Of a stretch of 64,000 nt of DNA, positions 20,146 to 29,789 are shown piece by piece. The translations under genes and the position numbers were made by a program. The notes beneath the pieces are model-generated. The model worked only from the letters and a program-made list of their open reading frames with translations, ran no database searches and was not told the DNA's origin. The stretch is from Nitrososphaeria archaeon (GTDB lineage: Archaea; Thermoproteota; Nitrososphaeria; Nitrososphaerales; JANXEG01): the NCBI GenBank assembly GCA_029775915.1, contig JARVKA010000005.1:7162-71161 (forward strand), written 5' to 3'. Position 1 is the first letter of the stretch. Each line of letters starts with the position of its first letter.

Positions 20146-20164
20146 ACCACCCCTCTTATTTTTT
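20146..20164 (+). terminator. Pyrimidine/oligo-T tract, possible intra-operon terminator after the SBP gene
   Basis: ACCACCCCTCTTATTTTTT directly after the stop; similar tract after the first SSS gene. Confidence 0.35.
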
Positions 20165-20172
20165 GATGATTT

Positions 20173-22050
20173 ATGAGCGAAACATCCGAGTTCATTACAA
20201 CAAGGAGATTGAAAGGTGTTCCAGCTCTAATCTTCAGCGCCATCGCAATATCGATGTCTCTCTATCAATTAAGTATAGTCGTTCTTTTGATTATGGAGCA
20301 TATGGTAAGAGGTATACATTTAATGTTCGTTCTTTTATTGAGCTTTTTATTATATCCACCTTTCAAAAAGTTTAGGCATAGTAGAATTGTATTTGGGCTT
20401 GATATATGCTTAGCAATACTCTCAGCTTTAGGTATACTCTATATGTTGATCTATTTTAATGAACTCATTATGCGTAATTATGCTCCAACGAGTACGGATG
20501 TATTCTTCGGTTTATTAACTATCATCTTGGTATTGGAAGCTTCAAGAAGAGTTGTTGGACCGGCTTTACCAGTTCTCGCACTCTTTATGTTATTATACGC
20601 TCTCTATGGTGGATATATACCTGGCTTTTGGGGGCATAGAGGGTTAGAATTTGATTTGCTAATAGGTCACATGTATGCTACAACGGAGGCCTTATTCGGT
20701 TTACCTTTAGGCGTTTCAGCCACATTCGTTTTCCTCTTCATCCTTCTAGGCTCTTTTTTAGAAAAGTCTGGTATGGGCGACTTTTTTATGAAGTTAGCTA
20801 TGGGACTTGTAGGTCAAGCGAGGGGGGGACCTGCAAAAATAGCAGTAGTATCGAGTGCGCTCTTTGGCACTATATCAGGAAGTGCTGTAGCCAATGTATA
20901 TGGCACAGGTGTTTATACAATACCTATGATGAAGAAGCTTGGTTATAAGCCTCATTTTGCAGCAGCAGTTGAAGCAGCAGCATCCACAGGTGGGCAGATT
21001 ATGCCTCCAATCATGGGTGCAGCAGCATTCATTATGGCTGAGGTTCTTGGCAAATCTTATATTGAAATCGCTATTGCAGCAGCGATTCCCGCAATTCTAT
21101 ACTTCATTTCGGTATTCTTTATGGTTCATTGGGAGGCTGTAAGAACTGGCTTGAGGGGGATGAGAAAGGATGAGTTGCCAAATTTAAGGGTGGTAATTCC
21201 AAAGGGCTTTCACTTACTCATCCCATTGATTGTGCTCGTCTACTTATTGATAAAGGGCTATACAGTTATGATGGCAGCATTCATTTGTGTTATTTTGGCT
21301 TTAATTGTAAGCTTCTTCAGAAGTGAGACTAGAATGGATATTAAAAAGATTTTGAGCGCTTTAGAAGCAGCGGCTAGAGGTGCTTTAATTATAGGGACTG
21401 CTTGTGCTTGTGCAGGGATAGTTGTAGGCGGGATGGTTTTTACAGGCTTAGGCTCCAAATTCACTGATTTTATCATCATGGTATCGGGTGGAAACTTGCT
21501 TATCGCTTTACCACTTGTGATGATAGCATCGATAATCTTAGGGATGGGTTTGCCTACTACAGCTGCGTATATAATGGTGGCTGTTCTCGGTGCCCCAGCA
21601 TTAATAAAGTTAGGTGTACCTCCACTCTCAGCTCATATGTTCACCTTCTACTTTGCGATCATATCAGCACTAACACCACCTGTAGCTTTAGCAGCTTATG
21701 CTGGAGCGAGTTTAGCTGGCTCAGATCCTATGAAGACAGGTTTTACAGGAACACGATTAGCTTTGGTCGCCTTCTTGGTACCATACATGTTCGTTTTTAA
21801 CCCAGCCTTGTTGATGATAGGCTCTATTCCTGAAGTAATTTTAGTATTCATAACCGCTGTATTAGGAAGTATAGCTTTAGCATGTAGTGTACAAGGAGTA
21901 TTCTTTATAAAAACGAATATTTTTGAGAGAATAGCTCTTGGTATCGCATCTATCACACTCATACATCCAGGTCTTATCACCGATCTTATAGGATTTGGTT
22001 TATTAGGTATGACAATCTTTTCGCAAAAGGTTCTTCGTAAAAAAGCTTAA
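20173..22050 (+). CDS. TRAP transporter fused 4TM/12TM permease (TAXI type)
   Basis: GGPAKIAVVSSALFGTISGSAVANV, EAAASTGGQIMPPIMGAAAF, LGMGLPTTAAY, TPPVALAAY. Confidence 0.93.
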   Translation: MSETSEFITTRRLKGVPALIFSAIAISMSLYQLSIVVLLIMEHMVRGIHLMFVLLLSFLLYPPFKKFRHSRIVFGLDICLAILSALGILYMLIYFNELIMRNYAPTSTDVFFGLLTIILVLEASRRVVGPALPVLALFMLLYALYGGYIPGFWGHRGLEFDLLIGHMYATTEALFGLPLGVSATFVFLFILLGSFLEKSGMGDFFMKLAMGLVGQARGGPAKIAVVSSALFGTISGSAVANVYGTGVYTIPMMKKLGYKPHFAAAVEAAASTGGQIMPPIMGAAAFIMAEVLGKSYIEIAIAAAIPAILYFISVFFMVHWEAVRTGLRGMRKDELPNLRVVIPKGFHLLIPLIVLVYLLIKGYTVMMAAFICVILALIVSFFRSETRMDIKKILSALEAAARGALIIGTACACAGIVVGGMVFTGLGSKFTDFIIMVSGGNLLIALPLVMIASIILGMGLPTTAAYIMVAVLGAPALIKLGVPPLSAHMFTFYFAIISALTPPVALAAYAGASLAGSDPMKTGFTGTRLALVAFLVPYMFVFNPALLMIGSIPEVILVFITAVLGSIALACSVQGVFFIKTNIFERIALGIASITLIHPGLITDLIGFGLLGMTIFSQKVLRKKA

Positions 22051-22106
22051 GAGGCTAAATGAATAGTATTTACATGTAATCTTTTCTTATTTTAAAAGGT
22101 GTTATT

Positions 22107-22571
22107 ATGAAAAAGAGAGTCTTCATTATGATAACCTTGTTGATTATATTCATTACCCTCACTTATCTTTTACAAGAAGTGTGGATATTAGAAGTTTATG
22201 TGGATGGTAAAATTCTTCACATTCCAGTTAAGATAGGTGATCACTTTAATATCACTTATAAACATTCCGTTTACGGGGATGAAGTTCTACAAGTATTCAC
22301 TATCGGTAAAGGGGTAATGATCTTAAATGATATTATAAGTACTGTTAGAGTGATAGAGTATTCTTATCCAAATCAAAAGTATGAATTAATGGGAGAGTTA
22401 GCGCATATAAAATCCTTAAACTTGATTGTAAAGAGTTTTCAAGCAGTAGGTTATGAGAAGTTAGAGTATAAAGATAAGCTTATTCTCATAGGTGAGTTAT
22501 TTACAAAGAGTACAATAGTAATTGAGATTAAAAAGGCTATGTTGTTTACTACGTTAAAACATATATTATGA
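22107..22571 (+). CDS. DUF1850-like TAXI-associated protein
   Basis: N-terminal TM helix, F.I.Y.HSV motif, position at the end of the TAXI operon. Confidence 0.65.
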   Translation: MKKRVFIMITLLIIFITLTYLLQEVWILEVYVDGKILHIPVKIGDHFNITYKHSVYGDEVLQVFTIGKGVMILNDIISTVRVIEYSYPNQKYELMGELAHIKSLNLIVKSFQAVGYEKLEYKDKLILIGELFTKSTIVIEIKKAMLFTTLKHIL

Positions 22572-22742
22572 TACTATAATTTGGTAAAAGTCAGATAGTG
22601 AAGACTCTCTAGATGTTTAAAAGCATCCTTTTTTTAGAATATTGAGTAAATCATGTTAAATATAAAGCGATTAGAATACATAATAATTTCCCACAGCTTT
22701 TTCACCTAAAAATTTTTATCATCCTCGATTCGATCATATAGT

Positions 22743-22985
22743 ATGGTCTCAGCTTGCATTCTTATAAGAACTGAAAAGGGAAAGTATGCAGACGTAGTAA
22801 AAAGAATAAAAATGTTTAAAGGAGTAAAAAGAGCTTTTCCAGTATTAGGAAGGTATGATATAGTTGTGGATTTAGAAGCGGAGAGTTTTGAGAAGCTTGG
22901 GAATACAATATTAAGAATAGGTCAATTATCTGGCGTGGTATTTACTGAGACAATGGTAGAGGTGATTAAGAGTGAAGAAGCTTAA
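22743..22985 (+). CDS. Stand-alone Lrp/AsnC ligand-binding domain protein
   Basis: GVK.AFPVLGRYDIVV...GVVFTETMV; no HTH. Confidence 0.85.
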   Translation: MVSACILIRTEKGKYADVVKRIKMFKGVKRAFPVLGRYDIVVDLEAESFEKLGNTILRIGQLSGVVFTETMVEVIKSEEA

Positions 22986-23202
22986 TTGTTGTATATTACT
23001 CAAAACCGTTCCTACCAAAATTTACAGTATTGTTGATGCTATTAAAAAAATTGAGGGAGTTAAAAAATGTTACATTACTTACGGTAGGTTTGATGTAGTA
23101 GCTTTTATAGAAGTTTCGAATTATGATGAAGTTCGAGTTATATCTACAAAGATTAATGAGTTGGATGGAATAAGAAGTACTGAAACATTAGTGGAGGGTT
23201 AA
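22972..23202 (+). CDS. Stand-alone Lrp/AsnC ligand-binding domain protein
   Basis: IEGVK..YITYGRFDVVA...DGIRSTETLV; no HTH. Confidence 0.85.
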   Translation: MKKLNCCILLKTVPTKIYSIVDAIKKIEGVKKCYITYGRFDVVAFIEVSNYDEVRVISTKINELDGIRSTETLVEG

Positions 23203-23300
23203 CTTATTGCAAAGGATTGAAAAATTAAGTTTTCAAAGATTTTCTAATTGATTTCACATTCTTTTTTAAACTTAAATTCCAGTTTCACCTTATTAAAATT

Positions 23301-24584
23301 ATGAAAGTAGAGGATTTAAGATGCTTTATTCCCATTGGTGGTAGAGCTTTAAGATTAAGACCCTTAACACATGATGTAGCAAAGCCTTGTATCAGATTTT
23401 TGAATAGACCTTTAATTGAGTTCGCTTTATGTGAATTGGCTGAGCAAGGTGTGAAGAACTTTATATTTGGAGAATGTGGATATACCAATTATACAAACCT
23501 CTTTGACCAATATGGTGAAGGTGTTGGTTTTTCTGCAAAATATAAAATCGAGCCTAGAGTTCATATTAAGCATCAACCTAATTTGGATGATTGTGGAAGT
23601 GCTGACTCTTACCGATTGAATATAGAGTATTATGATGTTCAAGATCCTGTTATCGTTGTGCAAGGGGATAATATCTTTCGTATAGATCTTCAAGATTTTA
23701 TAAAGAATCATGAAGAAAGAGGAGCTATGGCAACTATAGCGCTCTTTAAAGTAAAGAATGTGGAGGGTTTTGGTGTTGCAGAATTAGATTCAAATATGAG
23801 GATTAAAAGATTTGTTGAAAAGCCTCCACCAGATAAAGCACCCAGTAATTATGCTAATGCTGGCATATACCTTTTCTCACCAGAAATTAGAAATGAAGTA
23901 AATAGTGAGGCTGTGATGAAAATAATGAAAGAGAGAAATAGATTGGATTTTGGTTATGATTTTATACCATACTTGGTTGATAAAGGTATACCAGTTTATG
24001 GTTATGAGTTAAAAGTATGGTATGATGTAGGGAGTCCAGAGAATTATTTGAAAGCGATGAAGGATATTTTGTATGGAGTGATAAATATAAGAATTGCAGA
24101 GGAAAGGCTCTTTCCAGATAAAAATATTTGGGTTCAAGGGTATAGTAAGGAGGCTTTGAAAGTGAGAAATGATATATTGAGAAGATGTATTGAGGGAAAG
24201 TTATCAATAGAAGGAGCGGCTTTAATCGGTAGGCATACAAGAATAGGAGATCATAGTAGAATTATTGATTCAAATATTGATAATTATTGTATAATTGGTG
24301 AATATGTGAATATAGAAAGTTCAGCAATTATGGATGCGGTTAAGATTGGGGATTACGCTAAAATATCAAATAGTATTATAGGTAGGAAGGTTGTGATAAA
24401 TTCAACTCGTCAAAACCCAACTCACATTGAAGGTTTATCAGTTATCGGTAACGCTGTTCGTATTGGAGAGGGTTGCAAACTTATAAACACTAAAGTGAAT
24501 CCATACTTAATAATCCCTTCACATATGACATACATTAATAAATTCATTCAAAGTTATGAGGATATTGTGAGATTGGCTGAATGA
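23301..24584 (+). CDS. NDP-sugar pyrophosphorylase (nucleotidyltransferase with C-terminal left-handed beta-helix)
   Basis: GG.A.RLRPLT...KP, QGDN, RFVEKP, NAGIY, DFG.D.IP, W.DVG, hexapeptide repeats. Confidence 0.85.
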   Translation: MKVEDLRCFIPIGGRALRLRPLTHDVAKPCIRFLNRPLIEFALCELAEQGVKNFIFGECGYTNYTNLFDQYGEGVGFSAKYKIEPRVHIKHQPNLDDCGSADSYRLNIEYYDVQDPVIVVQGDNIFRIDLQDFIKNHEERGAMATIALFKVKNVEGFGVAELDSNMRIKRFVEKPPPDKAPSNYANAGIYLFSPEIRNEVNSEAVMKIMKERNRLDFGYDFIPYLVDKGIPVYGYELKVWYDVGSPENYLKAMKDILYGVINIRIAEERLFPDKNIWVQGYSKEALKVRNDILRRCIEGKLSIEGAALIGRHTRIGDHSRIIDSNIDNYCIIGEYVNIESSAIMDAVKIGDYAKISNSIIGRKVVINSTRQNPTHIEGLSVIGNAVRIGEGCKLINTKVNPYLIIPSHMTYINKFIQSYEDIVRLAE

Positions 24585-24666
24585 TAAGCTAATTACAATT
24601 AAAAATTTCAACATTTCTTTTTACATAAATCCACAACTTTTTATAAAAGGTTGAAAAAGACTAGCG

Positions 24667-25818
24667 ATGCAGATTAATATGCACATTAATCAACGTGCAA
24701 TACTTTACATATTTGCTTCAACATTTATCGTTACACTAGGCTTTGGAACTTATGTGTATTTAATACCCGTATTCGCAATAACACTCAATGCATCATATAT
24801 AGATCTTGGGTTAATTGGTACAGCGGCTGCTATACCTTACGCTATTGTACCAATATTTAGTGGTTATTTATCAGATAGATTTAATCGTGCTTGCATCTTT
24901 TTACTCTCAATTTTATATAATGTAGTAGCTACAATTCTATTAATTATAGCGAGTGATGCTAAACAACTCATTATAATAAGATTGGTTGGTGGTGTAGGCC
25001 TTGCTATTTTTTGGCCTATTGCAGAAGCGATTGTTTCATCAATCACACCATCTGAGCATTTAGTTAAGATTATGGGTAGATTTAGTGCAACATGGGCATT
25101 AGGTTATTTAATAGGTCCATTTTTAGGAGGATATATTTCGCAAAGTTTTGGTTATCGCTCACTCTTCTTAATCTCATCAATTATTATAGCATTAGCCACT
25201 ATCACATTCATTAAAACTCTACCCCATTATCAGCATTATCAATTAAATATTAATCCGAAAAATAGTTTTAATACTTCAATAATTAAGAGAGTACTCCCTT
25301 TATACTTATTAATTCTACCTCAAGCGCTCATTTTTAGTGTATTAATATCAATATTTCCTGGATATGCGAGTAGTCTTAAAATTAGTGATTTAGAGATTGG
25401 CATTCTTTTTACTTTATTTGGTTTAGCCAGAATTACCTTTTTCTTACTCTCAAACTCTTTAATTAAATTCGGTATTAAGCTTTTAATGATAATCGCTTCA
25501 CTCACTCTTTTCTCATCCTTTATTATGTTAGCGATTTTTAAAACCACTTTAACTCTTATCATACCATTGATTATGATAGGTATGGCGATAGGAATTTTAT
25601 CCCCAACTGTAATGAGTGTGCTTATTAAAATATTTCCACGTGAACGAGTTGGATTGGCTTTAGGAATTTATGAATCATTCTTTGGGATCGGTTTTACTGT
25701 AGGGCCAATTTTAGCAGGTATTATAGCTGAATTATTGCTACCTAACATACCTTACATTTTAATAGGAAGTACAGCGCTTCTTATGATTCCTTGCATTATT
25801 AAATTAGATTATCAATAA
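24667..25818 (+). CDS. MFS transporter
   Basis: About 12 TM segments, motif A GYLSDRFNR, GYLIGPFLGG. Confidence 0.88.
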   Translation: MQINMHINQRAILYIFASTFIVTLGFGTYVYLIPVFAITLNASYIDLGLIGTAAAIPYAIVPIFSGYLSDRFNRACIFLLSILYNVVATILLIIASDAKQLIIIRLVGGVGLAIFWPIAEAIVSSITPSEHLVKIMGRFSATWALGYLIGPFLGGYISQSFGYRSLFLISSIIIALATITFIKTLPHYQHYQLNINPKNSFNTSIIKRVLPLYLLILPQALIFSVLISIFPGYASSLKISDLEIGILFTLFGLARITFFLLSNSLIKFGIKLLMIIASLTLFSSFIMLAIFKTTLTLIIPLIMIGMAIGILSPTVMSVLIKIFPRERVGLALGIYESFFGIGFTVGPILAGIIAELLLPNIPYILIGSTALLMIPCIIKLDYQ

Positions 25819-25850
25819 ATACCACTTGTATTTAAATAAAGTAGAGCGAC

Positions 25851-27071
25851 ATGTATTTCTCATGTATCAATTGTGAAGAGAAGTATAGCATAAATGAGAA
25901 TATATACACATGTAGAAAGTGTGGAGATCTTCTCGAAGTTAAGTTAGATATTCAAGAGGTGAAGCGTAAAATTAAAGATGAAAAGTGGCGCTCAATACCA
26001 ATCTCAGTATGGAGGTATAGCGCATTTATACCGATAAGGGATTACTCAAAAATTATCACACTTAATGAAGGTGGTACAAGGCTTCATTTTTGCCAAAGAT
26101 TAGCTCAAGAATTGGGAATTAAAAGCCTTTATGTGAAGAATGAAGGTGATAATCCAACCGCATCATTTAAAGATCGTGGTATGACAGTAGGGGTAACGAG
26201 AGCTTGTGAATTAAATGCTAAAAATCTCATTTGTGCATCAACAGGCAATACATCAGCCTCATTAGCTGCATATGCAGCCAAAGCTGGTTTAAATTGCTAT
26301 GTAATTGTACCTTCAGGTAAGATCGCTTATGGCAAGTTAGCTCAAGCGATTATACATGGAGCACATGTGATTCGTATAAGAGGAGATTTTGATCAAGCTT
26401 TAAAAATGGTTTTTAAATTTTCATGCGAAAATAAAGATGTATACTTACTTAACTCTATAAATCCATTTAGAATTGAGGGGCAAAAAACACTTTCTTATGA
26501 AATTTGTGAACAATTAAATAAACCTCCAGATTGGATTATCATACCCGTTGGGAATGCTGGCAATATTAGTGCGGTATGGAAAGGGTTTGTGGAGTTTAAA
26601 GAGTGTGGTTTAATTGAGAGCCTCCCGAGATTAGCTGGTATTCAAGCCGAAGGTGCTGCACCTATAGTTAAAGCCTTTGAGAAAAGGGTTGATATTATTG
26701 AACCTATACCTAATCCTGAGACTATTGCATCAGCGATTAGAATTGGTGCACCAGTAAGTTGGAAAAAAGCTTTGAAAGCGATTTATGAATCAAAAGGCGT
26801 TGCAATAACCGTATCAGATAATGAGATATTAAAAGCTCAAAAGGATTTAGCGAGTAAAGAAGGTTTATTCGTAGAGCCTGCTAGCGCATCAACAATCGCT
26901 GGTCTTCATAAACTTTTAAAATTTAACATTATAAAAAGGGATGAATTAGTGGTATGTATAGCTACGGGCCATGGTTTAAAGGATCCTGATATCGTTTTAA
27001 AAATGATAGATTCTACAATTGAGATAGAGGCTGATTTAAATAGCTTAATAAATTTAATTAAGAGTGTTTAA
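25851..27071 (+). CDS. thrC: Threonine synthase
   Basis: N-terminal Zn ribbon, NPTASFKDRG (PLP Lys), ASTGNTSAS, NSINPFRIEGQKT, PVGNAGN, TGHGLKD. Confidence 0.92.
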   Translation: MYFSCINCEEKYSINENIYTCRKCGDLLEVKLDIQEVKRKIKDEKWRSIPISVWRYSAFIPIRDYSKIITLNEGGTRLHFCQRLAQELGIKSLYVKNEGDNPTASFKDRGMTVGVTRACELNAKNLICASTGNTSASLAAYAAKAGLNCYVIVPSGKIAYGKLAQAIIHGAHVIRIRGDFDQALKMVFKFSCENKDVYLLNSINPFRIEGQKTLSYEICEQLNKPPDWIIIPVGNAGNISAVWKGFVEFKECGLIESLPRLAGIQAEGAAPIVKAFEKRVDIIEPIPNPETIASAIRIGAPVSWKKALKAIYESKGVAITVSDNEILKAQKDLASKEGLFVEPASASTIAGLHKLLKFNIIKRDELVVCIATGHGLKDPDIVLKMIDSTIEIEADLNSLINLIKSV

Positions 27072-28179
27072 AATGAATCTTGAGTTTTATTTAACTTGCA
27101 CAAATTGTAATAAAAAGTATGATATAAAAGTTAAGTATTGGAGATGTCCATCATGCAACTCACCCTTAGAGGTTAATTTAGAATATCCAAAAATTGATAA
27201 CTTCCCATCAATTGTTAATAAAAATGAGTTTAACATTTGGAGGTATAAATTGCTACCATTTTTTGAAAATAGAATAAGTTTAGGAGAAGGATTAACACCC
27301 ATTATAAAACATCGTAAAGATGGCTTGGAAATCGATTTTAAGCTCGAGTATATAATGCCTACAAGCTCATTTAAAGATAGAGGGTCCACAGTAAGTATAA
27401 CGAGAGCTAAAAGTTTGAATGTTGAAAAAATTGTAGAAGATTCTTCTGGAAATGCAGGTGTATCTTATTCAGCTTATTCTGCAATAGCTAAGCTCAAATC
27501 AAGAATTTACGTGCCTAAAGATGCACCTATAGCCAAAATTACGCTTATGAAAATGTGTGGTACAGAGGTTATTGAGTGTGAGACTAGGGAAGAAGCATCA
27601 AAAAGAGCGATATTTGAACTTAAAGAAAATGAGTTATATGTAGGCCATATATGGGATCCATTTTTTATAGAAGGAATGAAAACGGAAATTTATGAGCTTT
27701 TTGAATTTCGAAATCTTAATTATGATTCTATAATAATACCTGTATCTAGTGGTACACATATTTTAGGCATTTACAAAGGATTAAAGGATTTAATGAATAT
27801 GGGCTTTATTAATCACATTCCAAGATTATACGCTGTACAAGCTGGAGGTTGTACACCAATTTATGATAATTACTACAATGTGAGATGGAGTGGTGAAGAA
27901 GGATTATTGGCTGATGGATTAAGAGTAAAAAACCCTCCAAGGCTTAAAATGATAATTAAAGCTATAAGAGATACCAATGGTGATATTTTAGTAGTTGGTA
28001 ATAGCGAAATAATAAGTGCTTTAAAGTATTTATATCGCTTAGGTTTAATTGTAGAGCCAACTTCAGCTACCGCTTACGCTGCATTTGAAAGATTAAAACA
28101 AAAAATTGGGAAAAAGATTCTTATACCATTAACTGGTAGTGGTATGAAAACGATTGATAAAATTATATCGATTAAATAA
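27064..28179 (+). CDS. Threonine synthase-like fold-type II PLP enzyme (second paralogue)
   Basis: Zn ribbon, PTSSFKDRG, VEDSSGNAG, EPTSA, LTGSG.K. Confidence 0.8.
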   Translation: MFKMNLEFYLTCTNCNKKYDIKVKYWRCPSCNSPLEVNLEYPKIDNFPSIVNKNEFNIWRYKLLPFFENRISLGEGLTPIIKHRKDGLEIDFKLEYIMPTSSFKDRGSTVSITRAKSLNVEKIVEDSSGNAGVSYSAYSAIAKLKSRIYVPKDAPIAKITLMKMCGTEVIECETREEASKRAIFELKENELYVGHIWDPFFIEGMKTEIYELFEFRNLNYDSIIIPVSSGTHILGIYKGLKDLMNMGFINHIPRLYAVQAGGCTPIYDNYYNVRWSGEEGLLADGLRVKNPPRLKMIIKAIRDTNGDILVVGNSEIISALKYLYRLGLIVEPTSATAYAAFERLKQKIGKKILIPLTGSGMKTIDKIISIK

Positions 28180-28200
28180 TATTAACTACGCTTACATTAA

Positions 28201-29724
28201 TTATGCATCATTTTTATTAGAATTTTTCCAATTGCGTAAAAGTTGTGTAATAAGGCGTACACCAAAGCCTGTAGCACCCCTCGGTATGTATGTTTTATCC
28301 AAGCTACCCTCTTGTGTATATGCAGTACCAGCTATATCTAAATGTACCCATGGATAATTACCCGCGAATTTTTTGAGAAACATCGCTCCAGTAATCGCTC
28401 CCGCAGTTCTTCCACCAACATTTTTCACATCAGCCACTTCACTTTTAATAAGCTCCTCATAATCTTTCCATAAAGGCAATTCCCAAACCATCTCTCCAGA
28501 TAATTTCATCGCCTCCATTATTCTTTTTTTCAATCGCTCATCATTACCCATCATACCACTAGCAATAGTACCAAGAGCTATTACACATGCTCCAGTAAGT
28601 GTGGCAAGATCAATAATCGCCTCAGGTTTATATTGAGTAGCGTAAGAAAGAGCATCAGCGAGTATTAATCTACCTTCCGCATCTGTACTTACAATTTCAA
28701 CCGTTTTTCCCCCATATATTTTGATTATATCACCGGGCTTGTACGCTTTACCACTCGGTAAATTCTCTGTAGCTGGTACAATCCCTATAATACGTAATGG
28801 GAGTTTTAGTCTCGCTACAGTTTGCATAATAGCAATTATTGCAGAGCCACCAGATTTATCATACTTCATTTCATTCATTCTTTCACTAGGTTTGAGTGAT
28901 ATACCACCACTATCGAAAGTTATCGCTTTACCAATTAACACTATAGGTGATACTTGCTCATTAAATGGGTTATACTCTAAAATAATGAATTTAGGCGGTT
29001 GTTCACTACCTTTTGATACACTTAATATACCGCCCATACCCAATCGCTCCATATCTTCTCGCTCCAAAATTTCACATCTCAATCCATAATTTTTTGCAAT
29101 CTCCATAGCTTTCTCAGCTAAGAATGTGGGTGTGCATACATTACTTGGTTCATTAGCTAAATCTCTCGCAAGCTTTACACCATCCACTACAATCTTACCA
29201 ATCCTTATCCCTTCATGAATTTGAGGTATTAAATTCTCATTAGGTGTGTAAATAATCAATCTCTCTATTTGCTTAACTTTATCTTCCTCTTCCGTTTTAT
29301 ATTGATTAAACCGGTATAATGCTAATTCACTCCCTTCTAATATAGTTTGAGCAAGTATATCCACATCAAACTCTGTATTACTAATAAGTAATTGAGCGTA
29401 ACTTTTTAATCCAAGCTCACGTACAATTTGTGCAACCTTTCCTGATGTATTCCTCACTACCTCTAAATCAAACTCTTTCTTTTCACCTAAGCCGATTAGT
29501 AATATTCTTTTAATTTTAAGCTTACCCATTGTATAAATAAGATTGGTTTGATTCAATTTACCTTGAAACTCTCCAATCTCGATAAACTCTTTGATAAGCC
29601 CATTAAGCGTCTCATCAATAAGCTTTACAATAGGTGATGATGGCTTTTCTTTCTCAAAAAGGCTTATTGCGAAAAGCTCGTAATTCTTATCTTTAATATC
29701 ACCAGTTTCTACAATGATTTCCAT
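28201..29724 (-). CDS. pepA: Leucyl aminopeptidase (M17)
   Basis: GK.ITFDSGGISLKP, MKYDK.G, ENLPSG, TDAEGRL.LAD, ATLTGA, W.HLDIAG. Confidence 0.94.
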   Translation of the reverse strand: MEIIVETGDIKDKNYELFAISLFEKEKPSSPIVKLIDETLNGLIKEFIEIGEFQGKLNQTNLIYTMGKLKIKRILLIGLGEKKEFDLEVVRNTSGKVAQIVRELGLKSYAQLLISNTEFDVDILAQTILEGSELALYRFNQYKTEEEDKVKQIERLIIYTPNENLIPQIHEGIRIGKIVVDGVKLARDLANEPSNVCTPTFLAEKAMEIAKNYGLRCEILEREDMERLGMGGILSVSKGSEQPPKFIILEYNPFNEQVSPIVLIGKAITFDSGGISLKPSERMNEMKYDKSGGSAIIAIMQTVARLKLPLRIIGIVPATENLPSGKAYKPGDIIKIYGGKTVEIVSTDAEGRLILADALSYATQYKPEAIIDLATLTGACVIALGTIASGMMGNDERLKKRIMEAMKLSGEMVWELPLWKDYEELIKSEVADVKNVGGRTAGAITGAMFLKKFAGNYPWVHLDIAGTAYTQEGSLDKTYIPRGATGFGVRLITQLLRNWKNSNKNDA

Positions 29725-29789
29725 TTTTGCTCACCAATATTAAATTTGTTAAAAATACTTAACATTTAGGGTTCTGAGAATTATTAATT

